From Anthoceros angustus (Eukaryota; Plantae; Anthocerotophyta), in assembly GCA_010909165.1 (NCBI GenBank), contig MU008208.1:215545-279544 (forward strand): a DNA stretch of 64,000 nucleotides, written 5' to 3'. Below are positions 37,100-50,200 of the stretch, piece after piece. The number at the start of each line of letters is the position of its first letter. The first letter of the stretch is position 1. The notes under the pieces are model-generated. The model was not told the origin of the DNA and ran no database searches. It saw nothing but the letters and a program-made list of their open reading frames with translations. Both the position numbers and the translations under genes were made by a program.

Positions 37100-38170
37100 A
37101 CCCCATGTAGCGCATTGTGGACAAAACGAATCTTCTTCGGGAATGTCGTCCAGAGGTGGCTGAACACAAAACACACGGTATCCCCTATTGCACCGATCAC
37201 AAAGAAGCATCACATCATGATCATCAATACGTCCACAAACCTGACACTCCAAGTCTTTGGGTGGATGCCACATTGTAGGCCGTAGTTGAGGGCCCAAATT
37301 GGGTAAGTAGCATGGTGCGTAGTTCTTGAGGTGATCCTTCCATCTTCGACTATCGGATCCTTCAAGCTCAAGCACTTCATCTTTGCCTCCTCGCACGACC
37401 CGCAAGATGACTCTGCTGGTAGATACCTCTAAGGTGTTGGTTGGCTTCGATGCAGGTAGACTCTCCAACTTTGAACTTGCGCACATTGGGTTTCCATGTC
37501 CCTCCTCTTGTGTAAGCACAGCGTAGTTGATCCCTGTGCTGCGCTATGATAAGGTTCTCCATTGCCATGGGCATTATCCATCTAAAAAGCTCTGCCTGCT
37601 TTCCATGTCTCGTAAGCAGTCATCTGGATTGCACCAATCCACGAGTGCTTGTAGCCTTGCTTTTCTCACATTTGGCAAAAATGGTTGTCGCCCATACAAC
37701 AAGTAATATGGCAAAAAGTTGCTCAAGGCTGCTTCATTGCTCACCTTGCACCCTATCACTAGGTACGGCATCCCTTCGTCCCATGTCTTTGGGTCATTCG
37801 TGAGACAATACTTTCACAAGGCTCGCTTGAAGGTATGCACCAAGCGTTCAGCAAATCCATCAGCTTGAGGATGATCTCTCGATGTCCGTCGATGATCAAT
37901 CAAGCTCTTGTCAAGCAAGTCTTGAAATTCCCCAAGGAATTCTTTGCCCTGGTCAGTGAGAACCTCTGCACATGCTCTATATCGACTAAGGATGAAAGCC
38001 AAGAATACCTTACTGGCAAGCCAAGAGTCAGGCTTGGGTAAGAGAGCGACCACACACCAATTATTGAAATGCTCTTATTAACATAACATGCTTGTTTCCA
38101 TCACGCATCTCCGGCATGTCTGGCATAAGATCCACACTCCACCTGTGGAAGAGTCCTCGGATTCGTAGAG
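37100..38170 (-). pseudogene. Ty3/Gypsy integrase with a C-terminal PHD finger, frameshifted
   Basis: FHRWSVDL, VLTDQGKEF, HPQADGFAERLV (D,D,E), YYLLYGRQP, then CQVC...LLCDRCNRGYRVFCVQPPLDDIPEEDSFCPQC. Confidence 0.85.
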
Positions 38171-38319
38171 AGTGAAGTACAACATCATTGGCTGTGCTTC
38201 TTCTAACGATGAAGAATCTTCAAGCAGTTATAGCGGATGATTGACAAGACGCTTCTTGAGCATCTTCTTGCACTTCTCATTGACCATCTTGTGCACTCTC
38301 TAGTCACTTGGAGGAATGT

Positions 38320-38331
38320 GCTCTGATACCA
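38320..38331 (-). promoter_or_regulatory. tRNA-iMet PBS
   Basis: TGGTATCAGAGC on the minus strand. No canonical CA immediately precedes it. Confidence 0.5.
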
Positions 38332-38755
38332 CAAAGCCCCTCACTATGCAGCCAATAAGGAAGCGGCAAATGCTGCCCAGCGGTCTAGAACCTCGCCAGT
38401 TCACTCCACAAAGAGACATGCACAACTCTCAGCACTCTCAATCTCACGACGCAGCACTAGGCTCCAAGTAGCCATCAATTGACAACTCGCAGACCACCTC
38501 CTCGAGGTGCTGTTCTTTATTCACATAATATACACTTGAGTCTGGCTATCTACGCCCAACAGGCTACTGCCCTTGACTCAACGACAAGCTCACTAGCTAG
38601 GCTCTTCACAGTTCTCTCTCAACACAAGACTTGCAGTGCACAATGAACTCAATGATGAATGCTTAAACGTTTTGCAAGGCTTTCAGCACACATTGACTCA
38701 ATGATGAATGCTTGAACCTTTTGCTCTAACCCGCATATATCTCGTAGGCTTGCCT

Positions 38756-38899
38756 CAACTAGGCAGCCGTTAACTCATGGGATTCTTGTAGCAACTAGGC
38801 AACCGTTAACTCATGGGATTCTTGTAGCAACTAGGCAGCCGTTAACTCATGGGATTCTTGTAGCAACTAGGCAGCCGTTAACTCATGGGATTCTTGTAG
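38756..38899. repeat. 36-bp tandem repeat x4 (CAACTAGGCAGCCGTTAACTCATGGGATTCTTGTAG)
   Basis: Four head-to-tail copies with one substitution, followed by a 45-bp unit x2 at ~38941-39024. Confidence 0.9.
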
Positions 38900-39710
38900 A
38901 CCGCTAATCACTAAGAATCCTTTGTAGGCAGCTGTTCATTAGTGGCTATAGCAATTCCTCTCTAAGAGAAGATTCCATGATCATAAGTGGCTATAACAAT
39001 TCCTCTCTAAGAGAAGATTCCATGAAGCATGCGACATATGCATCTTCTTAACGAAACAGCTACTAATTAAATTTTTGCCTCTTTTAAATTTTTATTTTTA
39101 TTTTATTAAAATAATAATTAATTAAATTTTTATTTTTTAATGTTTAATTTTTCTATCTTATTTCACCAATACCGCTACTCCAGCATGGCGAGGCAGACGC
39201 ACTCAAATCTAGTCTCATCACTATATTTCACAAAAAATCATGAAGTAATCCTACTTATTTTCATGTCTCCTGAGAGCGGGCTGGAGTGATCCTCGAGCAG
39301 ATATCACCATAAACAGACCCAAAGGTGTTTTTTGGTTGTTCATGTCGGACCTCTCAGGAACCTTACTCTAAAAATCACGAGTGACAACCACCTAGTCATT
39401 TGCACTGCTTTCTCTTGTTTGACACCCAGGGTGTTAGCCCCATCCCGGTTCAACAATCTGGGAATCCACCAGGAGTCTCTTAGTTGCATGGTGGACCTGC
39501 AGTAACATCAAGAAGACATGCCCTACCAAGGCAATTGAATTTGAAAAATGCAGACTTCATCTCCCAGTCTTAAAATATCAGACTTGCTGAAGAACATAAG
39601 GCAGCAAACCACCTTGGAATACCAAGGTCAGTAGTTCCTGCTGACAGCCTACAATCTATCTTGGAACTGCTCTTGCAAGTTTCTTATTACTGCAAAACTT
39701 GACAATATCA

Positions 39711-42700
39711 TCACAAACATACCCAGGCCGATGAGGCCACAAGGGGGTGGCCTTCCCAAGCGAGCACAAGGCTCCCATCCTCGTTGCTTACTTCAAATCC
39801 ACGATTTTGAAGATCCTTGAGAAGACACCTTGCCTGCAGTTCAGAATCTATGCTCAAGTGCCGGGGTCTGAGCCCTGAGCCCTCCAGTCTCCCTCTCCAC
39901 TGCTGTGTGCTCTCATGCCTCTCCACTTTGGCCAGCCCCTCCGATCCCACAAGTCTCAGTATCTCTGGAGCGAATAGAGACTTTTCAAAAGACTCATTCC
40001 ATTTCATAGCCACAGATGGATTCTCCTCAACCGTTCCGCCTGTGCTTCGCTCTTCAGCAGTATCTGCCCCTACATCCTCTGTAGGAAAACGCTGGCTTGG
40101 GGATTCAGTGCATCCACCTGAGACTTCAATGGAGCGAAACAAGTGGGTGTAGTATTGCAATGCTTCAGAGAACCGGACAGAAAATGATGGGCTGTTCAAG
40201 CTAACATCTTTCTCCACAACAGTCACCACCTTGGGAGAAAGTCCATTAACAATAGTTTTCAAGAGAGCACAGAAGGTTGATCCCATAGAAGAGGATGTCT
40301 GAGAGGAGTCATCTTCATCAAGCAGGCAGTGGAGACTGAAAACAAAGTTCACAGCAACAGGATCTAGTTCATACATTGAAGGGAGCATTGACAGCTGAAC
40401 AGAGTCAATCCGCTCAACCACCACAGGATGAAATTCCAGCTCGACATTTAGCTGTTTCGCAAACACCTGCAGGCTGTCCCCAATAGATTCGAGCTCCTCT
40501 AATGACACGCCAACCATGGTCAGGCGCAATTTGACTTCACGAGAGTTAGGACTTTTAGTGCCTGAATTATTGATGCCGATCATCTCAGGGCCTGCCCTCT
40601 GCGCCATCTCAAACAGAAGAGATGCCCACTGAGTTCCCGAGCCACCCATCTGGAAGTCAACAACGTGAAAGCTCGCCTCCCCCTCCATAGATTCCAAAAT
40701 AGCCTGATTGGCAGTGAAGTATGCAAAGTTGGGGATAGGAGAGACCTCGCAGAATGACTTAAATGCCCGAACATTGTTGAGCATATCCCAAGGCTTGCTC
40801 TTTGAGTCAGCCGAGAAAAGGGAGCTCTTCCCTGACAATCTTGCTGATAAAGCTTCTTTGAAAAGCAAAGCTACCCGGTCATGCGTGGGCTTCATTGGTC
40901 CCTCATACTTTCCAATCACCAAGTTACGATCCCCTTGGTGAGGGAGATAGGAAAATCCCTCAACTTGAAGACTGAGCCGCGCCAATATCTCTTGAGCTGC
41001 ATCCATGTTACCAAGATCCACTGCATCTGCTACCCTTAAAAGCATGCTGTACTTAGCCATCCCAGCCGCCTCTCCCCAATCAGATTCAACCCCAAAACTT
41101 CTGCTGAGGTGCACATCATCTTTCCAACTGTCAGCTTGATCGACTTGCAGTGCGTGTGATGACATACTACCCCTACCAACCTCCTGACATATGGTACTTG
41201 GGGATTCAGGCTCATTAGGCAGATCATTATCACCAGAGAAGCTTTTAGGAGACACTAGACCTGCTTGGTCTAGAGGCAGGACCTTTACACGTTGCAACAC
41301 TTTAGGCTCCAGGAGAACTTCAGCATTCAATTGTAGAGACCGCCGTCTGTCTCTCATGGAGCCTTGCTTACCAAGACTGACATCTGAAGACTGCTGAGTC
41401 GAATGCAGCATTGTGATGTCAGGCCCTATCATGTCCGCCTCATGTTCCATGCTATCCAGATATGCCTGGTGAAGAGGTTCCACCCGACGAGCATGCATGG
41501 TGTCACCAATTCTTTTCACACTAGAGGAACACACCTTCTGCGGAGCCTTTACAGGCCGCCGCTGAGGAGGAGCACTAACGATCTTCCACTCTTCAGCAGC
41601 GGGAATGACACCAAATGATAAAAGTGGCGGTTGGGAGACCACAGAACCGTCTAGATGAAAGTTTGATCGAGAGCCAGCTCTTTTTATTTTCTTTGTGGCC
41701 CCAGTATGGAAGGTAGCTACCTGACAACTACTATCCCGCACTTCAGATAAGACAATGTCATGCATCATATTCTCGGGCTGAGATACCAAAGGAGGTTCTG
41801 AAACAACTGACAGAAACGGAGATTCACAGACCGAGTCCGCCGAGGGAAAATGATACCGGCAGCTAGAACGTTCGCCAAGCAATGGCACTTGGTAATCCAA
41901 AGACATACTGGACACGCCGGCTGATGAGAAACCACCAGTAAACTGCATAGGTGGACTCGGAAACATGGCAAGAGAGCACATACTAGCCTGGCCCACAAGC
42001 CGAACACCTTCGGTTTCAGGTAATGAGGAAGACACTGTTCCTGGAGCCACAAATCGTGGACCCGGGACTAAGCACTGGGAAGACACAGTCAGGGAACCCG
42101 ACAGCGATGCAAGATGAGAGCCGGAAAGCGACGCAAGAGGAGACTCAGAAAGAGTTAGACCCGTTGAAGATGCTGAGAAACTTGGAGAACAGATACCTGG
42201 AGAGGCGCAGAACGAAGCGTTTGCTGAGCTAGCAGAATCAGCCGGGCTGAAGATCCAAGTGTCCCCACCAGGTAGCAGTACACCATTACCAGAGAAACAT
42301 CGCTGATCAAGCTGACAATCAGGCCGACAATCCTGTAAACTGATCTGCGAGGGCTTCTCGTGGAAAGAGGACCCACCCCTAGGAAGGCCCCCAAGAAATG
42401 GATAGCTCCCCTGGAATTGAGGACTCTGAGTCATTTGACATCCCTCATTTGCCATGTCTCTGCCAAGCTGCGGAGTCTGGTGGTAGACAGGCCTCTCATC
42501 CAAAAGGCTACGAGGCGCAAAAGGCGAGGCGGAGAAGGTACCAGAGGTAAGCAGCGTAGGTGTCAAGGTAGACAACGTTCCGACAGAAGCAGTCGGGCCG
42601 CAAAGACCGGCGATAACGCTATGGCTGGGGTCGACAGGAAGACCCTGTGATTCGCCTAGAAGCCAACGAACCAAGCAGGAATCTGAAAGCTGGGGAGCTG

Positions 42701-42935
42701 GAGCCGCACCCATTAGCATGCTCTCTATTTCGACACCACCGCCAGCTTGGCGAGTACACGGTTGCAGCAGAACACACTGCAGGTCGTGAACACACGATGG
42801 CTTCAGCGTACGAGCTCCCAACGCATGCTCTGCCGAACTGGGATCAATTTGAATCATCATGCTTATCGAGTCACAGCCGGCCACCCATAACCCCCTGCCC
42901 CGGGCCTCGGAGGACAAGCTCCCGAGAGGAATCAT
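39711..42935 (-). CDS. HAM: GRAS transcription factor, HAM/SCL6 (miR171-regulated) subfamily, intronless
   Basis: FAYFTANQAILE, FHVVDF (VHIID motif), QWASLL, RFSEALQYY (PFYRE), AWEGHPLVASSAW, and EILARL overlapping the miR171 site. The first in-frame ATG is at 42935; the true start may be downstream. Confidence 0.92.
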   Translation of the reverse strand: MIPLGSLSSEARGRGLWVAGCDSISMMIQIDPSSAEHALGARTLKPSCVHDLQCVLLQPCTRQAGGGVEIESMLMGAAPAPQLSDSCLVRWLLGESQGLPVDPSHSVIAGLCGPTASVGTLSTLTPTLLTSGTFSASPFAPRSLLDERPVYHQTPQLGRDMANEGCQMTQSPQFQGSYPFLGGLPRGGSSFHEKPSQISLQDCRPDCQLDQRCFSGNGVLLPGGDTWIFSPADSASSANASFCASPGICSPSFSASSTGLTLSESPLASLSGSHLASLSGSLTVSSQCLVPGPRFVAPGTVSSSLPETEGVRLVGQASMCSLAMFPSPPMQFTGGFSSAGVSSMSLDYQVPLLGERSSCRYHFPSADSVCESPFLSVVSEPPLVSQPENMMHDIVLSEVRDSSCQVATFHTGATKKIKRAGSRSNFHLDGSVVSQPPLLSFGVIPAAEEWKIVSAPPQRRPVKAPQKVCSSSVKRIGDTMHARRVEPLHQAYLDSMEHEADMIGPDITMLHSTQQSSDVSLGKQGSMRDRRRSLQLNAEVLLEPKVLQRVKVLPLDQAGLVSPKSFSGDNDLPNEPESPSTICQEVGRGSMSSHALQVDQADSWKDDVHLSRSFGVESDWGEAAGMAKYSMLLRVADAVDLGNMDAAQEILARLSLQVEGFSYLPHQGDRNLVIGKYEGPMKPTHDRVALLFKEALSARLSGKSSLFSADSKSKPWDMLNNVRAFKSFCEVSPIPNFAYFTANQAILESMEGEASFHVVDFQMGGSGTQWASLLFEMAQRAGPEMIGINNSGTKSPNSREVKLRLTMVGVSLEELESIGDSLQVFAKQLNVELEFHPVVVERIDSVQLSMLPSMYELDPVAVNFVFSLHCLLDEDDSSQTSSSMGSTFCALLKTIVNGLSPKVVTVVEKDVSLNSPSFSVRFSEALQYYTHLFRSIEVSGGCTESPSQRFPTEDVGADTAEERSTGGTVEENPSVAMKWNESFEKSLFAPEILRLVGSEGLAKVERHESTQQWRGRLEGSGLRPRHLSIDSELQARCLLKDLQNRGFEVSNEDGSLVLAWEGHPLVASSAWVCL
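40969..40989 (-). promoter_or_regulatory. miR170/171 target site in the HAM mRNA
   Basis: The mRNA reads GATATTGGCGCGGCTCAGTCT, complementary to UGAUUGAGCCGCGCCAAUAUC apart from one terminal mismatch and one G:U pair. Confidence 0.88.
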
Positions 42936-45900
42936 GAAAGAACCTGTCCAAAAGTAACCTGCCCACACATTTGTCGGGGTGCTTGGCAACCAGTATTTGA
43001 GTGATCGTCTACTTAAGGTTAAGTAAATGTGGCACTGTTAACCCCTACAAGACGGAGGTCTTTTCCCCATTTTCCTCGATAAATAACTCCTAAAACTTGC
43101 TGGCGGTGCGCCCGCATTTTCGACAGCACACAATTACCAGCACACCCGACGCTTCCCTGCCTTCCCCCACTCCACACATCTCGACCATGACTCCCATTTT
43201 CTGCATGTAATTTCAAAACCGATCTAAGGTTGGCAAAGGTGGGACAGGCAGTGGACTCTTTTTGCGGTTTGCACATTGGTGTAGGAATCGTTTTCCCAAA
43301 ACTTGGGGACGTGTAACCAATGGTGTTGTTTGTTCGTTCGTCATCAAGTGCTCTCGTGCTTACAAATTCACACAAGGGAGTCTAGTGCGCTCATAAAACT
43401 GGGGCGAGATAAAGGAACTTACCTTACACTCATCATATACAATTTTCCCAAAAAAATCCGCTTTATTTCTCTCCCATTAACAAATCCATATATACATTTT
43501 TCCCTCTTATAGAGAATTGCCTGAAAAAGATGGGCAGTTGGTATAGTGGCGATCCCGAGTGTATAGTGGTTTATGTGTTTTGGTTTGATATCTTTGAGCG
43601 AGTGGCAGGATTCATTTCCAATTGTTGAGATTAGGGTTGAGGGCTAGTTTGCATGTAGCAGTTTCATCTAGTGCACGTCTGGAGTTCCATGCCGGAGGAG
43701 CTGAACAAGAAAGAAGCATCTGCTCTATTGCGTCGAGGGGAGGCAATTAGTGGCTTTGAATACCAAGCATCTTGTCAAGAGCGGTGGTGCGTAAAAAAGC
43801 AATGCACCAAGGATGAAACCTTAGGTCTTAGAAAGTATTCCTTACCTATTGGCGAATTTGAGGCAGCATAGCTACCTCAGACGGGATGCAGGCCAGCTGT
43901 CACCCGGTTCTAGGTTTTAGGGACCAGGTATGGTATTCTGTCCGATACATCGTACACCCCTTTCCCGGTGGTTGCAGATTAATGTCCCGTTAGATTGTCC
44001 GGGGGTAATTGCTGAAGGTCTCGCATAGGCTTTCAGCTATGTCCGTGGTAGTCTGCCATGTTCATCCGTTTGAACGGCAACCCGCCCTCCTTTTACCGTT
44101 TTGCAGCCGTCTATTGATCGATAGTGAATGGTTCCATCTACTGCAATTGATGGTGCCGGTTTGGACCCGATCCATGCGAGGCGGGACCAACAGTGGTCGT
44201 TCCATCGAATGGCCCCACATATTGCACGGCCTAGTCCACTCATTTTCCTTCTTATACCATTCCAACCCGGCGGCCTCATTCCGCCATCTTGAGTGTCTGG
44301 CAGCGAGCGAAACCAACAAGCATTTCTGACCTCAAAAGAAATGGCACACAAATGTTCAAGTCCCTCTTTTGCACAAAAACGTCTATAAAAATGGGCACTT
44401 CAAGCCCAGACATCAATGTGATGTTTGACTACCCCTTTCAATCTTACCACAACACAACGGCCTCTTGCATGCGAAGGAGCTCAGCACTCCCTATGTTGTC
44501 TTCCACAAAGTAGGAATCTTCCTTCCTGGATGTCTCATCGTGGGAGGAAAATCCCGGGGCTTCCGAGATTCACCCTCTAGTGGCCACAATTATCCCACTG
44601 TCGCTCAGCACGTTGGGTTTCGTCCCATGAGAATTGTGTGGACAGCTGGATTCTGAGAGATCAATCGTTGCCTTCACCCCTTCACAACCTCATCCCCCAT
44701 AACAAGCAAGAACACGATATCTTTCGAAGGGGGTGAATATTCACGAAGAGGGTTTTGTGACATATATCCTCTGAAGGGGGTTTCACATGGGCATTGAACT
44801 CGTACTTTTTGGGGTATGGGTCAATTAAAGGCGTAAAAGAAGGGTGACAATTCGTATGAACCATTGATAGAAGATCCATTCAACGGCCGCTAAGGGTTAT
44901 GGTGTTAGAGTTAACCTCATTGGTCCGCAAGACCCATGACAAGGGCCATTGCTGTGAATCGCCGGTCTTTCTCGCTCAAAAGAAAAAATGAAATCTACAA
45001 AAAGAAGGGTGATGAAACTTTGAGGAGCTGACCGCCGCGTGGTATCAAGCAGTGTTTGAGAGGATGGACCGGCGGCCTCCCGCCATGCCGATGATCCCTT
45101 GCGAATGGCGGCGAGCGTGCCTTTAACCTGATTTGGTTACAAAAGACTTCGTGATTGGGGTGGGGATGGCTTCCGCACAGTCTCCATTGTGGTCGCAAAT
45201 ATATTCACATGCTTCAGTCCCCCAGACTGCAATCGATGAACTTAAAAAAGTGTGCGGAAACTAGTTCCCGCCGTCATGACGCAGAGGAACATGCCCGCAC
45301 GGCTCATCGTGTGCCTTTCATTATGCCGCAATGCGGCGCAGCCTGGCCACACTCCACATGTCCTTCTCAATGGTATGGACAAACTCTTGAAAATTGGAAG
45401 ATATTATCTATGTCAAGTCTACAACTTCTGGAGGATAGCCACAACCACAATCCTATCATGGGCGTAGATACTATTGAAATGTAGCACATGGAAATGCACC
45501 GCAAACTACAGGAATGGAGCATGACGCATAACCTCACCATCGCGAATCCGCCGAGTGTTTCCTACTCTTGGACTCCACGCCATCATCTTATTTGGGCATC
45601 ATGACCATCCTCTTCCGCCCTCGGTTGCACTTTGACTGGTTGAATAAAGCCTCGCAATTCAATTAACTTATCTTTTATGGCCTTCTTATCCACAAAGCAT
45701 AAATGTTTCCAGAGTCAAGCTGAACCCATAATAGAGGATGACTATTTGGTGAACAAAAACTTGTTGGATATTCTTTTGATGGATAGCCTTCGCCCCCCGT
45801 CTCCCCGAGTTGCTCCTAGGCTGCTTGCCATCCCCTCTGATTAATTATTCTTCCACGTACCTCCCTTCATACGCATCTGTGTGTTCAGTTCTGTACCAAT

Positions 45901-47278
45901 GAACAAGGAAGTGAGGCTGTGGTGCATGTAGTTTAACACAAGTCACCTTCCCAATCCAAAAGGGTCTATTTTGCGTGTCGCTGGAACCGTAACATTCCGC
46001 TTTATTTCGCGATATCACCATTCAACCGTGACATTTCTTGTTGTTGCCTCCCCAGATTTTGGTATGCTCCCAAATACATATCTCGTTGTGGGAGCTCCCT
46101 CAGCAATGCCTCCTCCAGCAGTGCTTCATCCGGAACATGCAGAGGTTGGGCTGTGCCTTCCACTTCAGATCTGGCGTACCACCTCCAAGGTTTGTGTAGC
46201 ACAAGGCCAATGTTGTTTTCCACAATAACAGCAATCTCCTCCTGGTCCACCCAGAAAGCTTCCCACCATAAAAACTCCCTTGATGTCACATACGGCCTAA
46301 GTTCAAGACCCTTTAGATGAGCAACGGCAGCTTGGAGATAATATCATGGCTTCCTTTTTATCCCTCGACCGCAGGCGCAAGGGCGTATAGTGTCCAAGGC
46401 ACAAATTTCAAAACTCCAAACCCCTTCGCTTCCCAATCGAGGCGAGGTCGATCGCTTGCTCGATAATCACACAAACCCACGGTCCGCTTTCTCTTCACGT
46501 GTTATTTTAAAGCTGGTCTTTGGAGCGATAGGTTGTTCGCTTAACCGCCCATAATCGAGTCCTCTCGCCTTGTGTAATGGGCCACACATATGACCTAAGT
46601 CGCCACTACCAATACCTTGACCTCGGTGTAGGAGTACGCTTGCACAAGATCTCGACAATGCGGAAGCGTGTGAGCTTCTTTATGTTTCAAGCTTTTGGAG
46701 AAGCAAGAAAACATCCGGTCGATTTGATCATGAGTATGCCCGACCAAAAGGAATCCCACTTTCACTTTTCAAAAGTACCCATATCAACAAGCATGTTCGG
46801 ATAGCAAAAGCTGGTTCTTATTCTCCCGCATGTGTTGTCCAACCGCAAATACAAAACTCTTGGCGGGACACCCTCGTAATTATGTATAACCCCGAATAAT
46901 GGTGATCGTAAGATTCGCGTCGCAAATATATTCACATGCTTAGTCCCCACGCAATCGATGAACTTAAAAAGTGTCGAAACTAGTTCCCGCCGTCATGGCC
47001 TTGAGGAACATGCCCGCACGGCTCATCGTGTGTTGCCTTTCATTATGCCGCAATGCGGCGCAGCCTGGCCACACTCCCATGTCCTTCTCAATGGTATGGA
47101 CAAACTCTTGAAAATTGGAAGATATTATCTATGTCAAGTCTACAACTTCTCACAGAGGATAGCCACAACCACAATCCTATCATGGGCGTAGATACTATTG
47201 AAATGTACCGCACATATGTGCTGCAAACTACAGGAATGGAGCATGACGCATAACCTCATCAATTGCCGTGATGATCAT

Positions 47279-50200
47279 TCAGTGTTTCCTACTCTTGGAC
47301 TCCACGCCATCATCTTATGGGCGGCATCATGACCATCCTCTTCGTCCTCGGTTGCACTTTGACTGGTTGAATAAAGCCTCGCAATTCAATTAACTTATCT
47401 TTTATGGCCTTCTTATCCACAGTACAAATGTTTCCGCGTAGTCAATGAACCCATAATAGAGGATGAATTTGGTGAACAAAAACTTGTTGGATATTCTTTT
47501 GATGGATAGCCTTCGCCCGTCTCCCGAGTTGCTCCGGTGCTTGCCATCCCTCGATTATATATTCTTCCACGTACCTCCCTTCATACGCATCGTGTGTTGG
47601 TTACCAATGAACAAGGAAGTGAGGTCATGGTGCATAGTTCAGTCACCTTGCCAATCCAAAAGGGTCTATTTTGCGTGTCCATGCGGGAACTGCAACTAAC
47701 ATTCCGCATTTATTTCTGCGATATCACCATTCAACCGTGACATTTCTTGTTGTTGCCTCCCCAGATTTTGGTATGCTCCCAAATACATATCTCGTTGTGG
47801 GAGCTCCCTCAGCAATGCCTCCTCCAGCAGTGCTTCATCCGGAACATGCAGAGGTTGGGCTGTACCTTCCACTTCAGATCTGGCGTACCACCTCCAAGGT
47901 TTGTGTAGCACAAGGCCAATGTTGTTTTCCACAATAACAATCTCCTCTGGTCCACCCGAGCTTCCCACCATAAAACTCCTTGATGTCACATACGGCCTAA
48001 GTTCAAGACCAGCCTTTAGATGAGCAGCTGCAGTTGGAGAATATCATGGCTTCCTTTTTATCCCTACCGGTCGTCAAGGCGCAATATTATAGTGTCAAGG
48101 CACAAATTTCAAAACTCAAACCCCTTCTTCCCAGAGGCGGTCGAGTCTTGCTCGATAATCACAAACCCACGGTCCGCTTTCTCTTCACGTGTTATTTCTT
48201 TGGAGCGATAGGTTGTTCGTTTCTTCGCCGCCCATAAGCGAGTCCTCTCGGCCTTGTGTAATGGGCCACACATATGAAGTCGCCACTACCTTGACCTCGG
48301 TGTAGGAGTACGCTTGCACAAGATCTCGACAATGCGGAAGCGTGTGAGCTTCTTTATGTTTCAAGCTTTTGGAGAAGCAAGAAAACATCCGGTCGATTTG
48401 ATCATGAGTATGCCCGACCAAAAGGAATCCCACTTTCACTTTTCAAAAGTACCCATATCAACAAGCATGTTCGGATAGGCAAAAGCTGGTTCTTATTCTC
48501 CCTGCATGTGTTGTCCAACTGCAAATACAAAACTCTTGGCAGGACACCCTCGTAATTATGTATAACGTCCTGAATAATGGTGATCGTAAGATTCGCGTCG
48601 TTCCGCAAATTCGCATAATGCAAATAGGCTCTAGCTTTAAGCGTATAGTTGTGAATCATGCACCCAACCACGTGGACTGAAATACGACACTCCTCTACGA
48701 GGTTTTTCGGCCACCGGAGAAGATGAGGTATCTCTGTCTTTTTTTGGTCCATTCCATCAATTGACAGCAGCATATACTTATGTGGCTCCACATAGCTCTT
48801 GCTCCTGTGTTTAGCCATTTTCGCTGCCTCGTGGAGGAGCACGATGTGCTTCCAAGGCAACTGGAATTTCTGTGCCAAAACGAACATCATAATCAGCAAT
48901 AAAAGACCCCCAACCTCACCATCCGCCGACTTTGCAGAGAACCATCCAACCTATACAAAAGTTTTTTTTCGAAGACGCCTACTAATCATTCAGCGTGAGA
49001 GGGGGCGCGGCCGGCGCCCTTCCCCTTCACCGCGGATGATTTGGGAGGGTCTCGAATCATCATGCGGTGCGGGGGGGCGGCGGTCGGCGCCCTTCCCCTT
49101 CGCCCGCGGATGATTTGGGAGGGTCTCGAATCATCATCACAGGGTTCAGAGGCGCGCCGGCCCCCACTCTCTGAGATGGGGAGATTTACCGAGAAGAGGG
49201 CGCCGCCCGCCGGCGCCATGTTGCATTTGTGGAAACCAATCCATGGTAAGTATTGGCATTGCAAGCACATGCATCGATTATGAAGAAGAACACAGAGGTA
49301 CATCCGGTGCGATGATAGGCGGGGCATTCAACAAGGAGGAACAAGCACATGAAGGACACATTGCAATTTACCTTGATCTTGCTTGTGCTTTGTATTTTAT
49401 AGTTTTCGTGCTCACATAAAAGCGAGCATGTTGAAAATCTGGACTTGGATTTTACTGGGAAGTTGCTTCTCCACAGTTTTAAGAACCATGGATACTTCAC
49501 ATAGCGTATGCTAGAGCTTTCGCACTGACGCTTGTACAACGCCCATATTTCCAACTTTGTATACGTGTCGGGTAGATTGAATACTTCCAAATTAGGAAGC
49601 CGCTCGGCCATAAACATAAAAGCATTGTCCATCCAAGAAATGGCATCAAGCGCATAAGTAGATTGTGCCTTCGGGTTTGGTCCGAATCCATCCCAAGGTG
49701 ATTCCAGAAAGACTCTGCTCTTTAGCTCCTCATACCTCTTGTGCCCAAGGCAATACACTCTTTGAAAGCCTTCAAGAATAAGATAAGAGTCGCTCCCATG
49801 AGATGTGACCGCTTTCCTTCTATCACTCACATCCGATCAACAAGAGATCAAGAAATGTCTCTGCCTCGCCTCCCCATCCAAGAAAGCGGTATCGCTCTGA
49901 AATCGCTCTTTGGTCGCCTGCAAACACATTGTTGCAACAAGGCTTCTTGAAAATCTGCAAGCATTGTCTCCCTTCACTTTTGTCAACGACACTCCACCGC
50001 CTCCGGCATGATAGAGTATTTGCGGTTGTCGGGGCCTTCAAAGTCTCACAGAGGCTTGGATGGAAGGATTGACGCATCGTGTCCGGAAGTGGAGGGAATC
50101 TCGTCCAATGGGCCTTCATCATCCGGTGAGTGGAGGCGAGCAACAATATCCTCATGAAACAAACCACGGCGTGGAACCATCTTCTCTGTGGGAAGGTCAC

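Noticed and set aside
38756-38899. 36-bp repeats of CRISPR-like length
   Set aside because: They are head-to-tail with no spacers and no cas genes, in a eukaryotic context: a minisatellite.
42936-42989. ORF-track start of the GRAS gene at 42989
   Set aside because: It is a non-ATG codon allowed only by the prokaryote-style ORF caller; the first ATG is at 42935.
44300-44706. Possible decayed Ty3 pol (HFYRRF-like peptide) as the target of E2/E3, continuing at 55507-56174
   Set aside because: Too degenerate to support beyond one short motif.
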